Origin: Alphaproteobacteria bacterium
GTDB lineage: Bacteria > Pseudomonadota > Alphaproteobacteria > Bin95
Length of the DNA stretch: 64,000 nucleotides
Reading direction: 5' to 3'
NCBI GenBank assembly: GCA_964291285.2
Contig: OZ219787.1
Location: forward strand, 1,856,001-1,920,000
Below are positions 1 through 12,242 of the stretch, in pieces. Below the pieces are notes generated by a model that was not told the origin of the DNA, did not search any database, and saw nothing but the letters and a program-made list of their open reading frames with translations. The position numbers and the translations under genes were made by a program. Position 1 is the stretch's first letter. Each line of letters starts with the position of its first letter.

Positions 1-156
1 AAGGGCCTCTACGCCAAGGTGCGCAGGGGCGATCTCGTGAACTTCACCGGGATCGATTCCCCTTACGAACCCCCGGAAGCTCCCGAACTGCGGATCGATA
101 CGGCGACGATGACGGTGGACCTCGCCGCGGACGCAGTAATTCGATTGCTGGATTGA
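1..156 (+). CDS. cysC: Adenylyl-sulfate kinase (CysC or CysNC), C-terminal fragment, truncated by window edge
   Basis: Frame 1 reads [34 protein letters not shown]...LLD*, matching the APS-kinase KGLY..(A/V)R.G...[11 protein letters not shown] motif. Confidence 0.9.
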   Translation, partial: KGLYAKVRRGDLVNFTGIDSPYEPPEAPELRIDTATMTVDLAADAVIRLLD

Positions 157-250
157 TGTCGGGATTTCCGCTGCCGCTTACCAGACGCGCTCCCCTGCCC
201 GCCGGCTGTCCCGGCGGACGAAGGGCCGCAACACGACCGGGAGGCGTTCG

Positions 251-1297
251 ATGACCGGCCGGGCACTGCGCTATCCACCGGTTATCGTTCTCAGTTCCGG
301 CCGCTGCGGGTCGACGATGTTGTCCAACATGTTGAACCTGCATCCGGATCTCCTCAGCATCTCCGAGTTTTTTACATTTCACAGCACTGCCTTGTTCAGC
401 CGATGGCGCCTGACCGGAAACGGAATGTGGCATGTTCTTACCCATCAACCGCAATTGGTTCGTTATCTTCTGAGAAAAGACTACGAAGAACTGCTGTATC
501 CCTTCGAAGATCCCGATTCCCGGTTTGGACGAAAAACTGTCCCTCCCATTCTATGCGTGACGCTTCCTCACTTGACAAATCACTACGAAAGACTCTTCGA
601 TGAGATGGAACCGGTCGTGCGAAGTTTTCCACGCCAGTCTCCTGCAAAACATTGTCGTGATCTTTTCGAGTGGTTGTGTGACAGATTCGACCGGAAGGTA
701 TGGGTTGAACGCTCCGGCGGGTCTTCCATGTATGCGTCGAGGCTCATGTACAGATTTCCGGAAGCCAAGGTGATCAACATGCACCGGGACGGGCGGGATG
801 TTGCGCTTTCCATGTTTCAACATCATCCATTCAGAGGAATTGCGCCCTACATAATTGCCCTCCAGAAGCGAAGATACGATCCCTTTAGAGTCGAGGCGAA
901 ACATGGCGAATTCTGGGATTCGATGGCGCTGCGCCTGCAACCTTTGAAGTATTTGTCCCGGTTCCCGATCCCCATGTCCGCCGACCGGTTGGAGATCGCG
1001 CACTTCGGCGCAATATGGAGCTCGATGGTAGGAGCAGCTCAGGACTTCATCCAGAACCTGCCGTCGGAACAGGTCCTGGAGGTACGGTTTGACGATTTGC
1101 AGCAAAATGCAGAGTGGGAGCTGCGTCGTATAATCCGGTTTATTTCCAGAGATTTGGAAAACGAGGACTGGATTCACGAAGCAGCCGGGATACCGAGGCC
1201 GTCCCGGTCCAAATTTGGCCGGCTCGATCCGGAAGAACGGGCGACATTGACCGAAGCCTGCCGGCCGGGTCTGGAGCGGCTCGGCTACGCCGTGTAG
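251..1297 (+). CDS. Sulfotransferase family protein (PAPS-dependent)
   Basis: 5'-PSB-like loop SSGRCGSTML; WVERSG; 3'-PB motif HRDGRDVALS; GGAGG RBS; follows cysC. Confidence 0.85.
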   Translation: MTGRALRYPPVIVLSSGRCGSTMLSNMLNLHPDLLSISEFFTFHSTALFSRWRLTGNGMWHVLTHQPQLVRYLLRKDYEELLYPFEDPDSRFGRKTVPPILCVTLPHLTNHYERLFDEMEPVVRSFPRQSPAKHCRDLFEWLCDRFDRKVWVERSGGSSMYASRLMYRFPEAKVINMHRDGRDVALSMFQHHPFRGIAPYIIALQKRRYDPFRVEAKHGEFWDSMALRLQPLKYLSRFPIPMSADRLEIAHFGAIWSSMVGAAQDFIQNLPSEQVLEVRFDDLQQNAEWELRRIIRFISRDLENEDWIHEAAGIPRPSRSKFGRLDPEERATLTEACRPGLERLGYAV

Positions 1298-1311
1298 AGC
1301 GCGGCGTAGCG

Positions 1312-2709
1312 GTGGCGGAGCCGGGAGCGAGGAGCGCGGCCGAGGGCGTCTATACGACCGGCCCGGTCGGGCGCCACCTGCTGCGCATGGCCGGGCCCGC
1401 TTCGACGGCACTGCTGTTCATCTTCCTGGCCGACCTGGTGACCCTCTTCTATGTCTCGCTATTGCGCGACGAGCGGTTGATCGCTGCTGTCGGGCTCGCG
1501 AGATTCATCGAGTATTTCGTCATTGCCATCGGGCTCGCCTTTGCGTCATCGGCGACCGTGCAGGTCAGCCAGTCGCTCGGCGCCGGCGACAAAGCGCTGG
1601 CCGTGCGGCAGGCGACCTCATGCCTGGTCGTCACCCTGGCCGTCCTGTGCGCCGCCGTCGGATTGGCGCAGGTCTTTCGCGGCGCGGCTCTCGCCTCCTT
1701 CGTGGAGCCGGGCGCGGTCTTCGACGCTGCGGACCTCTATCTGGAGATCGCCCTGTATTCCGTCCCCCTGGCAGCGGTGAGCCTGGCGACGGGCGCGATA
1801 TTGCGCGGTGCCGGCGACGTGCGCCGATCCGTGGCGGTGACCGTTTCGGGCAGTCTGGCGGCCCTGGCGGTCAGCCCGGCGCTGATTTTCTGGGCCGGTC
1901 TGGGCCTGGAGGGAGCCGCCTGGGCGCTGCTGGCGGACCGCGCGATCAGCGCGGCGCTCGGCGTCGGGTTCGTCATCCGCAAATACCGTCTCCTGAAGCT
2001 TCCCGACATTTTCGAGACGGTTCGCGACGCCGGGCCCGTTCTGGCAATCGCGGGGCCGGCCGCCCTGTCGGAACTCGCGACGCCCACAATCTGGCTGCTG
2101 GCGACCTGGTGGGTCGCGGCGTTCGGGGACAGCGCGCTTGCCGCATGGGCGCTGCTCGCACGGATCACCTTGCTCGCGGGGTGCGGGATCATGGGACTGA
2201 CCATCGCGCTCAACCCGGTGCTGGGGCAGAATTACGGTGCCGGCGACACCGGCCGGACCGCCGCCAGCCTTCGCAGCGCGGCGGTGTTCTCCATCTGCTA
2301 CGTCATTGCGGTCTGGGCGCTGTTCGCGTCGACCTCCGGCCAGATCTCCCGAATGTTCGATCTGACGGCGGGAGCGTCGGGCCTGGTGCATGTTTACGCC
2401 CTGTACGGTTTCGCCGCGCTCGTCCCGGCAAGCATGGCAGCGCTCTGCAGGCCGGTATTCTACCATTTCGGACGTTCCTTCTGGACGACGGTCCTGGACT
2501 GGACGGCGAACGTCCTGACGCTGCTTGCGCTGGTCCTGCTTGTGGGAATGCCGGATGGGGAGCCGGTCGCGTTCGCGCTTGGCGCGGCGGCGGCAGTGTG
2601 CGCCGTGCCGATCGGCAGAGCTCTCGCCGGTTCTCTCTCGCTCGGGCTTGCCTGGCGCCTTGTTGCGCAAATGAGGGCGCCGGAACCATGGCCGAAGGAT
2701 GCGGCATGA
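1312..2709 (+). CDS. MATE family efflux transporter
   Basis: Multi-TM protein with SQSLGAGD, ILRGAGD and GQNYGAG motifs; start moved to GTG 1312 to avoid overlap with the sulfotransferase. Confidence 0.85.
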   Translation: MAEPGARSAAEGVYTTGPVGRHLLRMAGPASTALLFIFLADLVTLFYVSLLRDERLIAAVGLARFIEYFVIAIGLAFASSATVQVSQSLGAGDKALAVRQATSCLVVTLAVLCAAVGLAQVFRGAALASFVEPGAVFDAADLYLEIALYSVPLAAVSLATGAILRGAGDVRRSVAVTVSGSLAALAVSPALIFWAGLGLEGAAWALLADRAISAALGVGFVIRKYRLLKLPDIFETVRDAGPVLAIAGPAALSELATPTIWLLATWWVAAFGDSALAAWALLARITLLAGCGIMGLTIALNPVLGQNYGAGDTGRTAASLRSAAVFSICYVIAVWALFASTSGQISRMFDLTAGASGLVHVYALYGFAALVPASMAALCRPVFYHFGRSFWTTVLDWTANVLTLLALVLLVGMPDGEPVAFALGAAAAVCAVPIGRALAGSLSLGLAWRLVAQMRAPEPWPKDAA

Positions 2710-3247
2710 GACGAAGAACGAAACTGTGGATTGCTCTGCCGGCGGCGTTCGCCGCCGCGATCCTTCTCGCAGGCGGAGCGGGCTGGTTCTGGCTGCGCAC
2801 ATCGCTGCCGCAGCTCGACGGCGAGATCCGGCTTCCCGGCCTCCAGGAGCGGGGAGAAGTGATCTACGACGCCAACGGCATTCCCCATATCCGGGCGGCG
2901 ACGGTCGACGATGCCTATTTCCTTCTCGGATACGTGCATGCGCGCGACCGGATGTTCCAGATGGACTTCGCGCGCCGGATCGGCAGCGGAACGCTTTCCG
3001 AAGTCGTCGGCGAGCGAACGCTCTCCATAGACCGTATGGCGCGGACGCTCGGGACGGAACGGAATGCGGAGCGGATTCTCTCGCGCCTGCCGGAGGATGC
3101 AGTCGGGATTCTGAATGCCTATACCGCCGGCATCAACGCCTGGCTGGCAACGCGGTCAGGCGCGCTGCCGCCCGAATTCGTCCTGCTCGGCTACGAACCG
3201 AAACCGTGGCGGCCGAAGGATTCGCTGGCACGGAGCGGCGTCAAACT

Positions 3248-5753
3248 CAGACTTCCTGACCTCTGCTAATTTTGTTTGGCACCGGTGCGCGCGGATTTTG
3301 GGGTTATGCCGACCTCGTAGACCATGCGCATACGGTTGCCGGGGAAGTGCGTTTCGGTGGCGTTGAGTTCGGCCAGAAGAGGCTTGATCTGGCGGTCGCA
3401 GGCGTCATTTGCGAGGCCGAGAATGCGGACCCGCAGGACGCCGTTGGCAGGGTCCGGCAGGATGTCGGCATCGGCGGTGAAGAGTGCCTGAAGCAGTTTC
3501 CGTGGGTGGGGCTTGTGGCCCTGCGCCTGCATGACGGGAAGCATCAAGCGGGTTTCAGCGCGGTAGGCGATCATGCGGATGATGTCGAGTAGGAGGCGCT
3601 CGCGTGAGGGCAAGGCATTGAGCTGTCCGGCTTCGTCGAGGTCGCCGGCCCGGCAGTGCGTGGGCACCTCCCTGCGGCTGGATCTGACAATCTCACGGCC
3701 GCCCTCGAGGTCCCTGAGTTCCCTCTTGAGTTCGCCCGTCGGCTGCTTCCTGTGGGCGGCGTCGGCGATGCGGTTGCGCAGGCGGCCAAGCTGGTGGTCG
3801 AGGCGGCGGATTGCCTTGTCGTAGGCCCGCCGCAGCGGGCTGACGACCATGGTATCGGCAGCGAGAGGCTCGATCTCGTGGGTCGGCAGGGCGTCGAGAT
3901 TGAACTCGTCGCGCATGTATTTGAAGAAGTTTTCCTGCGACCAGCGCGAGAACAAGGCGCCTGCGGCCTCCGCCACCGGCTTGTGCGGATCGGTGGTGAC
4001 CAGCGGAACCTGACGGCCGTTGTCGAGCAGGCGGCGGATCTGGCGCACCCTGAAGCCGTTCTTCAACGTCACCGGCTTCTCGGCCAGCAGCATGGTGGCG
4101 CTGGCGTTCGCCGCGGGTCCGTGAATGGGAACGATCATCGCACTGAAGTCCTCGGCCGGCCAGTCCCCGCCCCTGAAGTTCTTGTGCCAGGTCAGGCAGG
4201 CAATGCCGCGCCTGGCCAGCCGGCGAAACAGCTCCGGGCTCCAGCCCTCGCGGTCGAAGACCAGTGTGAGCACGGGCTGGCCGGGCTGCCCGGCGGTCAG
4301 GTCCGCTGTCCCGGCGTCGACGATCCCGAGCGCCTGCAACGCCGGCACCACGTCGGATTCGATCGCGGCGACCATCTTCGGGTCCAGCGGCTTGTGCAGG
4401 CACAGCAGGGGCTTGCCGCCCAAGGCGTTGATCCAGTAGCTGGTGCTCGCCGGCAGGCACAGCTTCTCGCGCGAGACGAAGTGTTTGGGCAGGCGCCCCT
4501 TGCGGCCGGCGTAGACCTTGACGTGCCCGTCAACGGCCAGCGTCGCCCAGAGCTCGGGCTCCTCCTCCTGCCAGCGTCTCGCAAGAGCGAGCTGCCACGC
4601 CTGCACGCTGGCTTCGTCGTTGGCCATGAGCCCGATCTTGCGCCGTAGCGTCTTGACCTCGGGGCAGCGGTCGAGACCGAGAACCGCACCCCATTCGCCC
4701 GGTGCCTGGTAGCGCAGGCTCTCGGGGTTGCGCACCCGCGCCAGGGTCATGAAGGCCAGGAAGAGCAGGATCGTGGGCAGGCCGTAGTAGCCCTTCGACA
4801 GCAACGGCAGGAGGCCGGTCTCGCAGAGCAGGCCTTCCTTCAGCAGGGCCGGCAGGGCGGCGAGAACGCCGCCAAAGCGCACGCCGCGGGCGGCGGCGGT
4901 GAACTGCGGTTCGACCGGTCCCGCCTGCCCGCAGCTGGCCAACACCCGAGCCCGGACATCGCAAGTCGCGCGCCCCATCGGCGCCTGCCGGTCCCGCCGG
5001 TCGCGCGCGCTGCGATCCGTCTGCGCCTCCAGCCCCGCTGCCGTCGCCGGCCCGGCGGCACCGGCACTCTCGTCATCGACACTGCCCTCGGGCGCCCCAC
5101 CCGCGTCAGGCGGCACCGCCACTGCCGCGCTGCCGCGCTCCCGACACGCCTCCGCGTTGCCGATCACCCCCTGCCGCCGCCACTTGTTGACCGACGGCGC
5201 TGACACGCCGAGAACTCGGGCCACCGCAGAGCCGCTCAGGCCCCCTTCCAGCAACGCCGTCGCTTTCTCCGCCAGCTCCGGCGTGAACACCGAAGGTCCC
5301 CGACCGCGCCGGGGCTTCAGAAACTCCGCTTCGCCCTCGGCCAGGTAGCGCCGTCGTGCGCGCTGGACCGTTGCACGCGAGACACCGAAAGCGTCGGCCA
5401 GATCCTGCCGCGAGACCGCGCTGATCGCAGCCAGGCGGCCGATCCGCAACAGCATGGCCGCGCGGTCATCGGCGGCGTGGCTGTCAAAGGGAACGAGGTT
5501 GGAGAAGTAGGTGAAGCTGTCGTCCGAAATCAGAATGGCGAAACAACTGCTGCCGATCGGAACCGCCTCCGGAGGGCTCAGGGGAAGGGTAATCGACATG
5601 GTTGAAATCTCGTATCCAGTGTCAAATTAAAATACCCGAACCTGGACACGGCAGCCAGCGAAAATCAGCCGAAACAGACGAAAAATGAACCGAACTCAAA
5701 AAGTTCCCAGAACGCCGCCCGCAACAAACATCGTCACGAGGTCAGGAAGTCTG
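3248..5753 (-). mobile_element. Insertion sequence, 2506 bp, family not assigned (IS4-superfamily-like DDE)
   Basis: 16-bp TIRs CAGACTTCCTGACCTC / GAGGTCAGGAAGTCTG; 5-bp TSD AAACT at 3243-3247 and 5754-5758. Confidence 0.92.
3266..5599 (-). CDS. Large DDE transposase with N-terminal HTH domains (777 aa)
   Basis: LAVDGH, VFDREGW and RWSQENFFK motifs; fills the TIR-bounded element. Confidence 0.85.
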   Translation of the reverse strand: MSITLPLSPPEAVPIGSSCFAILISDDSFTYFSNLVPFDSHAADDRAAMLLRIGRLAAISAVSRQDLADAFGVSRATVQRARRRYLAEGEAEFLKPRRGRGPSVFTPELAEKATALLEGGLSGSAVARVLGVSAPSVNKWRRQGVIGNAEACRERGSAAVAVPPDAGGAPEGSVDDESAGAAGPATAAGLEAQTDRSARDRRDRQAPMGRATCDVRARVLASCGQAGPVEPQFTAAARGVRFGGVLAALPALLKEGLLCETGLLPLLSKGYYGLPTILLFLAFMTLARVRNPESLRYQAPGEWGAVLGLDRCPEVKTLRRKIGLMANDEASVQAWQLALARRWQEEEPELWATLAVDGHVKVYAGRKGRLPKHFVSREKLCLPASTSYWINALGGKPLLCLHKPLDPKMVAAIESDVVPALQALGIVDAGTADLTAGQPGQPVLTLVFDREGWSPELFRRLARRGIACLTWHKNFRGGDWPAEDFSAMIVPIHGPAANASATMLLAEKPVTLKNGFRVRQIRRLLDNGRQVPLVTTDPHKPVAEAAGALFSRWSQENFFKYMRDEFNLDALPTHEIEPLAADTMVVSPLRRAYDKAIRRLDHQLGRLRNRIADAAHRKQPTGELKRELRDLEGGREIVRSSRREVPTHCRAGDLDEAGQLNALPSRERLLLDIIRMIAYRAETRLMLPVMQAQGHKPHPRKLLQALFTADADILPDPANGVLRVRILGLANDACDRQIKPLLAELNATETHFPGNRMRMVYEVGITPKSARTGAKQN

Positions 5754-8590
5754 AAACTGGCCAACCTGGTTTGGGAGTGGGAGAACGAAGCCCTTCGCGG
5801 CGCGCTCGCGGCAAGATTGTCTCCCGCGCAACTCTCCGACCTTTTCCCCGAGGACGTCGATGGTGCCTTGTCCGGCGCCGGTCGCGCCCTGACGATTGCG
5901 GGACGCACGCCCGTTGCGGCCCAATGGAAGTCCTTGTGGAGGGCCATGTCCGGCGGCTCGCGATCGGAGGCACAGGCGTCCAATGCGTGGGCCGTTGCAG
6001 GCGGCAGGACGGCAAGCGGCCTCCCCATACTGGCCAGCGATCCCCATCTGGCGCTGACAGCGCCGGGACTCTGGTATCTCGCGCGTCTGGAAGCGCCGGG
6101 ACTCAGCCTGGCGGGTGCAACGGTTCCGGGCGGACCCGTTTTCGTTCTGGGCCATAACGACGCCATTGCGTGGGGCGTAACCAATGCAGGCAGCGACTTT
6201 CAGGATTTCTTCATAGAGCGCATAAGCGAAGGCGAGCCGGGCCGTTACGACGCGCCCGGCGGATCACGGCCGTTCGATGAGCGGATCGAAATCATTGCCG
6301 TGAAGGGGCGGGAACCTGTGGAGCTGGTCGTCCGGGAAACGCGCCACGGCCCGGTGGTTTCCGACCTCGCGCCCGATTTCGCCGCCCTCGACGGGCAACA
6401 TCCCGGGAAGCGGGACCGTGTCGTCGCCTTCTCCTCCACGCTTCTTCGCGACGACGACCTGACCTTCCTCGCCTTTCTCAGGTTGAACCGGGCGCGGAAC
6501 TGGGCCGGTTTCACGTCCGCCCTGGAGAGTTTCCATTCTCCTCATGTCACCATCACCTATGCCGACATAGATGGAAATATCGGCTTCCTGTCGCCGGGGC
6601 GGGTTCCGATACGCAGCACCGGCGACGGCTGGCTACCCTCAGCCGGCTGGACCGGCGACGGGGACTGGACCGGGTTCGTGCCGCACGATGCGCTTCCGCG
6701 CGCCTTCAACCCGCCGTCGGGCCTGCTCGTGCATGCCAATCAGCGCATCGTCCCTGCCGATCATCCGTGGTTCCTCGCCCGCCGCTGGCCGCCGCCATAC
6801 CGGGCGGAACGGATCAAGGCGCACATGGAACAGGTCGCTCCGCGCACGGTTGCAACGGAAACGGCGCTGCAGCACGACGAGTTCTCCGGCGCCGCGGCGG
6901 ACCTCGTCCCCCTGTTTCTCACGCTCGCCGAACCCGCCGGGATGGACGAAAACGGGAGACGCGCATTGTCCCTGCTGCGCGGCTGGGACTTGCGTATGGC
7001 GCGCGCATCGGCGGCGCCGTTGATATTTGCGGCCTGGCTCGCGGAAGTGAACCGCGGCCTCTACGCCGACGAACTCGGCGATCTCTTCCAGCCCTTTTTC
7101 GGCCTCCGGCCGGGCACGGTCGCCCACATGCTGACGAGCCGTCGGGCATGGTGCGACGATGTGACGACAACGCAGGTCGAGACTTGCGACCAGACCGTCG
7201 CCGCCGCTCTTTCACGCGCTCTCGACGATCTGGCGCGCCGCTACGGAGACGACATGGACGACTGGCATTGGGGAGAGGCGCACCGGGCCGCATTCGGCCA
7301 TATCCTGCTCGGCCGCATTCCGGTCCTGAAGCGGTTGGCGGATATCCGCATCGAAACGGGAGGCGGCGGCTTCACCGTCAATCGCGGGCGGCACAGCGTA
7401 GCCAATGAGGAGGCGCCCTTCGCCGCCAACCACGGCTCCGGCTATCGCGCGGTTTACGACCTGTCCGATCTCTCGAACTCCGTGTTCTCCGTCGGAACCG
7501 GCGCCAGCGGCAATTTCCTGTCCTGGCGCTACGACAACACGACCCGCCGGTGGCGGGACGGCGACTATATGCGCATTCCCCGAACCCGTGCCGAGGCCTT
7601 GCAGGCGGCGGCAGGGGTGCTGACCCTCCTGCCGGGGTCGTAGCCGTCTCCCGGCGCCATGAGCGATTGACCGCGCTGGACCCCGAAGGGTACGGGCGCG
7701 GAGCCTGACAGCAGTCGAGGCAAGCGGGGGCGTTTCACCCTAAATCCGGCAGTTGACAGGCTTGATCGCTGTCTCGGGGTAGTGTGAACGGTCGGATTTG
7801 GGCGTGGATTTCAGCACGTGGTCGCGGCCCTGGGTGGCGGCAGCCAGGGTTGACGCCCCGGTTCGCGGCCATGGAGGTATTTCCTGAGCGCCTCGGCGAG
7901 GATGCGGCGCCAGCGATCCCCGGCGCTCAACTGCTCCGCAGTTTGCGTCAGCGACCGGAAGAAGCCGGCGATCCGGCGCAGCGCCGCCATCACCGTCTTG
8001 CGACGCCCGTGATGGGAGGTCACCGTCAGCCGGGTCTGGCCGGCGTGGTGGGTCTGGCGGGCGACGCCGTGCAGGAGCAGCGGCCGGCTGGTGATCGCCT
8101 CGCGGTGATGGTCGGGGTCGGCGAGGCGCACGAACAGGCTCCACCAGTTGTAGATGAGCGCGACCAGCCGGGCCATGTGCCGGCAGCGCGTCAGGTCGCG
8201 CGTGGTGAAGCCGCCCCAACCCCACTGGTTCTTCAACTCGTCGAAGCCGTTCTCCGCGTCCGCCCGGTCGCGGTAGAGCTGGGCCAGCGAGCGTATCTCC
8301 AGGTCCAGCGAGGTCGCCAGCACCGCGAACTCCCATACTATAGCGCGACAATCTGGATGAGAGCCGCGCGTCAATCAGGATGAGATTCCCGGCGGCAGCG
8401 ACGAGGGAGAGGATTGTGTCGCGCGGCGGGGATTGCAAGCGGTTTTTGGTTTTGATTGTCGCGGCGCGACAGGTTCCGAGGATTTTTGATTGTCGCGGCG
8501 GTCCGGTGGGCCGGAGATGAAGCGGCCCGCGGAGGCGATCCCCGCGGGCCGTGAGTGTGAGGGCAGTTCGGCCGAGCTGGTGGCCTCGGG

Positions 8591-11040
<2,450 letters not shown>

Positions 11041-12242
11041 CTACGCCCTCCCTCCGTTCCGGGCCGCCGCCTTCCCTCGTCTCATCCTGATTGACGCGGA
11101 AGTCTCAAGTTGATTGTCGCGCCGCACCCATACCCCGGTGCCGGGCTGCGCCTCGGTCCAGAACAGCTCGCCCTGGGCCTTGTCGCCACGCGTCAGCGCC
11201 AGCGTCGCAGGAAGCCGCCGACGCAGCACCACAACCCGGCGCGTCCGGCTCCAGCCCTGCAGACGCAGATCGGCCCCGATCCCCGACCAGCCCTGGCCTG
11301 CATCCTCCCAGCCGTCCCGCGCCATCAGCCGCTCGGCAAGCCGGCGCGCCCCCTTCGTCAGGCGCAGCTTGAACAGATAGTCCGGACCCGCAGCCTCGCA
11401 CGACGCCATGTTGGCCTCGCTGCCCCAGTCCTTGTCGCCCCGCACCAGACGCGGCCAGCGATCCCGCCCAAGACGGTCGAGCAACGCCCACAAGGACGGC
11501 GCCGCGCGCCTCGAATGGTGATGGTTGCCCGGCGCCACCTCGACATCCAGAACAAGCCGCGTGCCCGCCATCAGGAACGCATGGCAGGCGTGCGAGGGGC
11601 GGCCCGGCTTCTTCGGGTTGTAGCTCACAACCGCTCCCTCCTGACGACCGTAAAGCGCCTTGATCGTCGTGTCGCAGTCCAGAACCCACGGCTCCCTCAG
11701 CAGCGGACGGACCACATCGTCCAGATGGCCCTGAAGCCACGATGTGCCTTCATCCGCACCGATCCGCTCCAGACCGCGCCGCACCGAATCCTCGCTCGCA
11801 ACCTTGTCCATACCCAGCAGCGCAGGGTTCACCCCGTCGCCGCGCAGCGACGTGATGTGCGCATAGCGGGACTGCCCCGCCAGAACCGACAGAAGAACCG
11901 TCCCCAGGACATCCCGCTTCGACGGCGCGTTCGGGCTCGTGTAGTGCAGCGGGCAGTCCGCAACCAAAGCGTCAAAGCGACCGCTTACCTTCAGCTATTC
12001 CGAGAAAAACGCCAGATGCCCCAGCGGCGTCACCGCCGCATCAGGGTCCCATTCCACATGAACCGCGCCGCCGAAGGTGTCCACCTTCACCGACGCTCGG
12101 GCGACATCCCGCACAGCGCCAGGATAATCACCCAAAGGGTGAGCCTCTTCGGCCCCTGAAAAGCCGCTCATACCCGCAGACTACAAGGGATTCGGCAAGG
12201 CCAAGCCATCCTCAACTGCCGGATTTAGGTTCACCGCTGTCG

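Larger units (their letters stand above)
2706..7643 (+). pseudogene. Penicillin acylase family (Ntn-hydrolase) gene split by an IS: 5' part 2706-3247, 3' part 5759-7643
   Basis: N-terminal TM, GIPHIRA, GYVHARDRMFQMD; beta-chain start SNAWAV, ASDPHL; removing the IS plus one AAACT copy restores in-frame GVKLANLVWEW. Confidence 0.9.
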
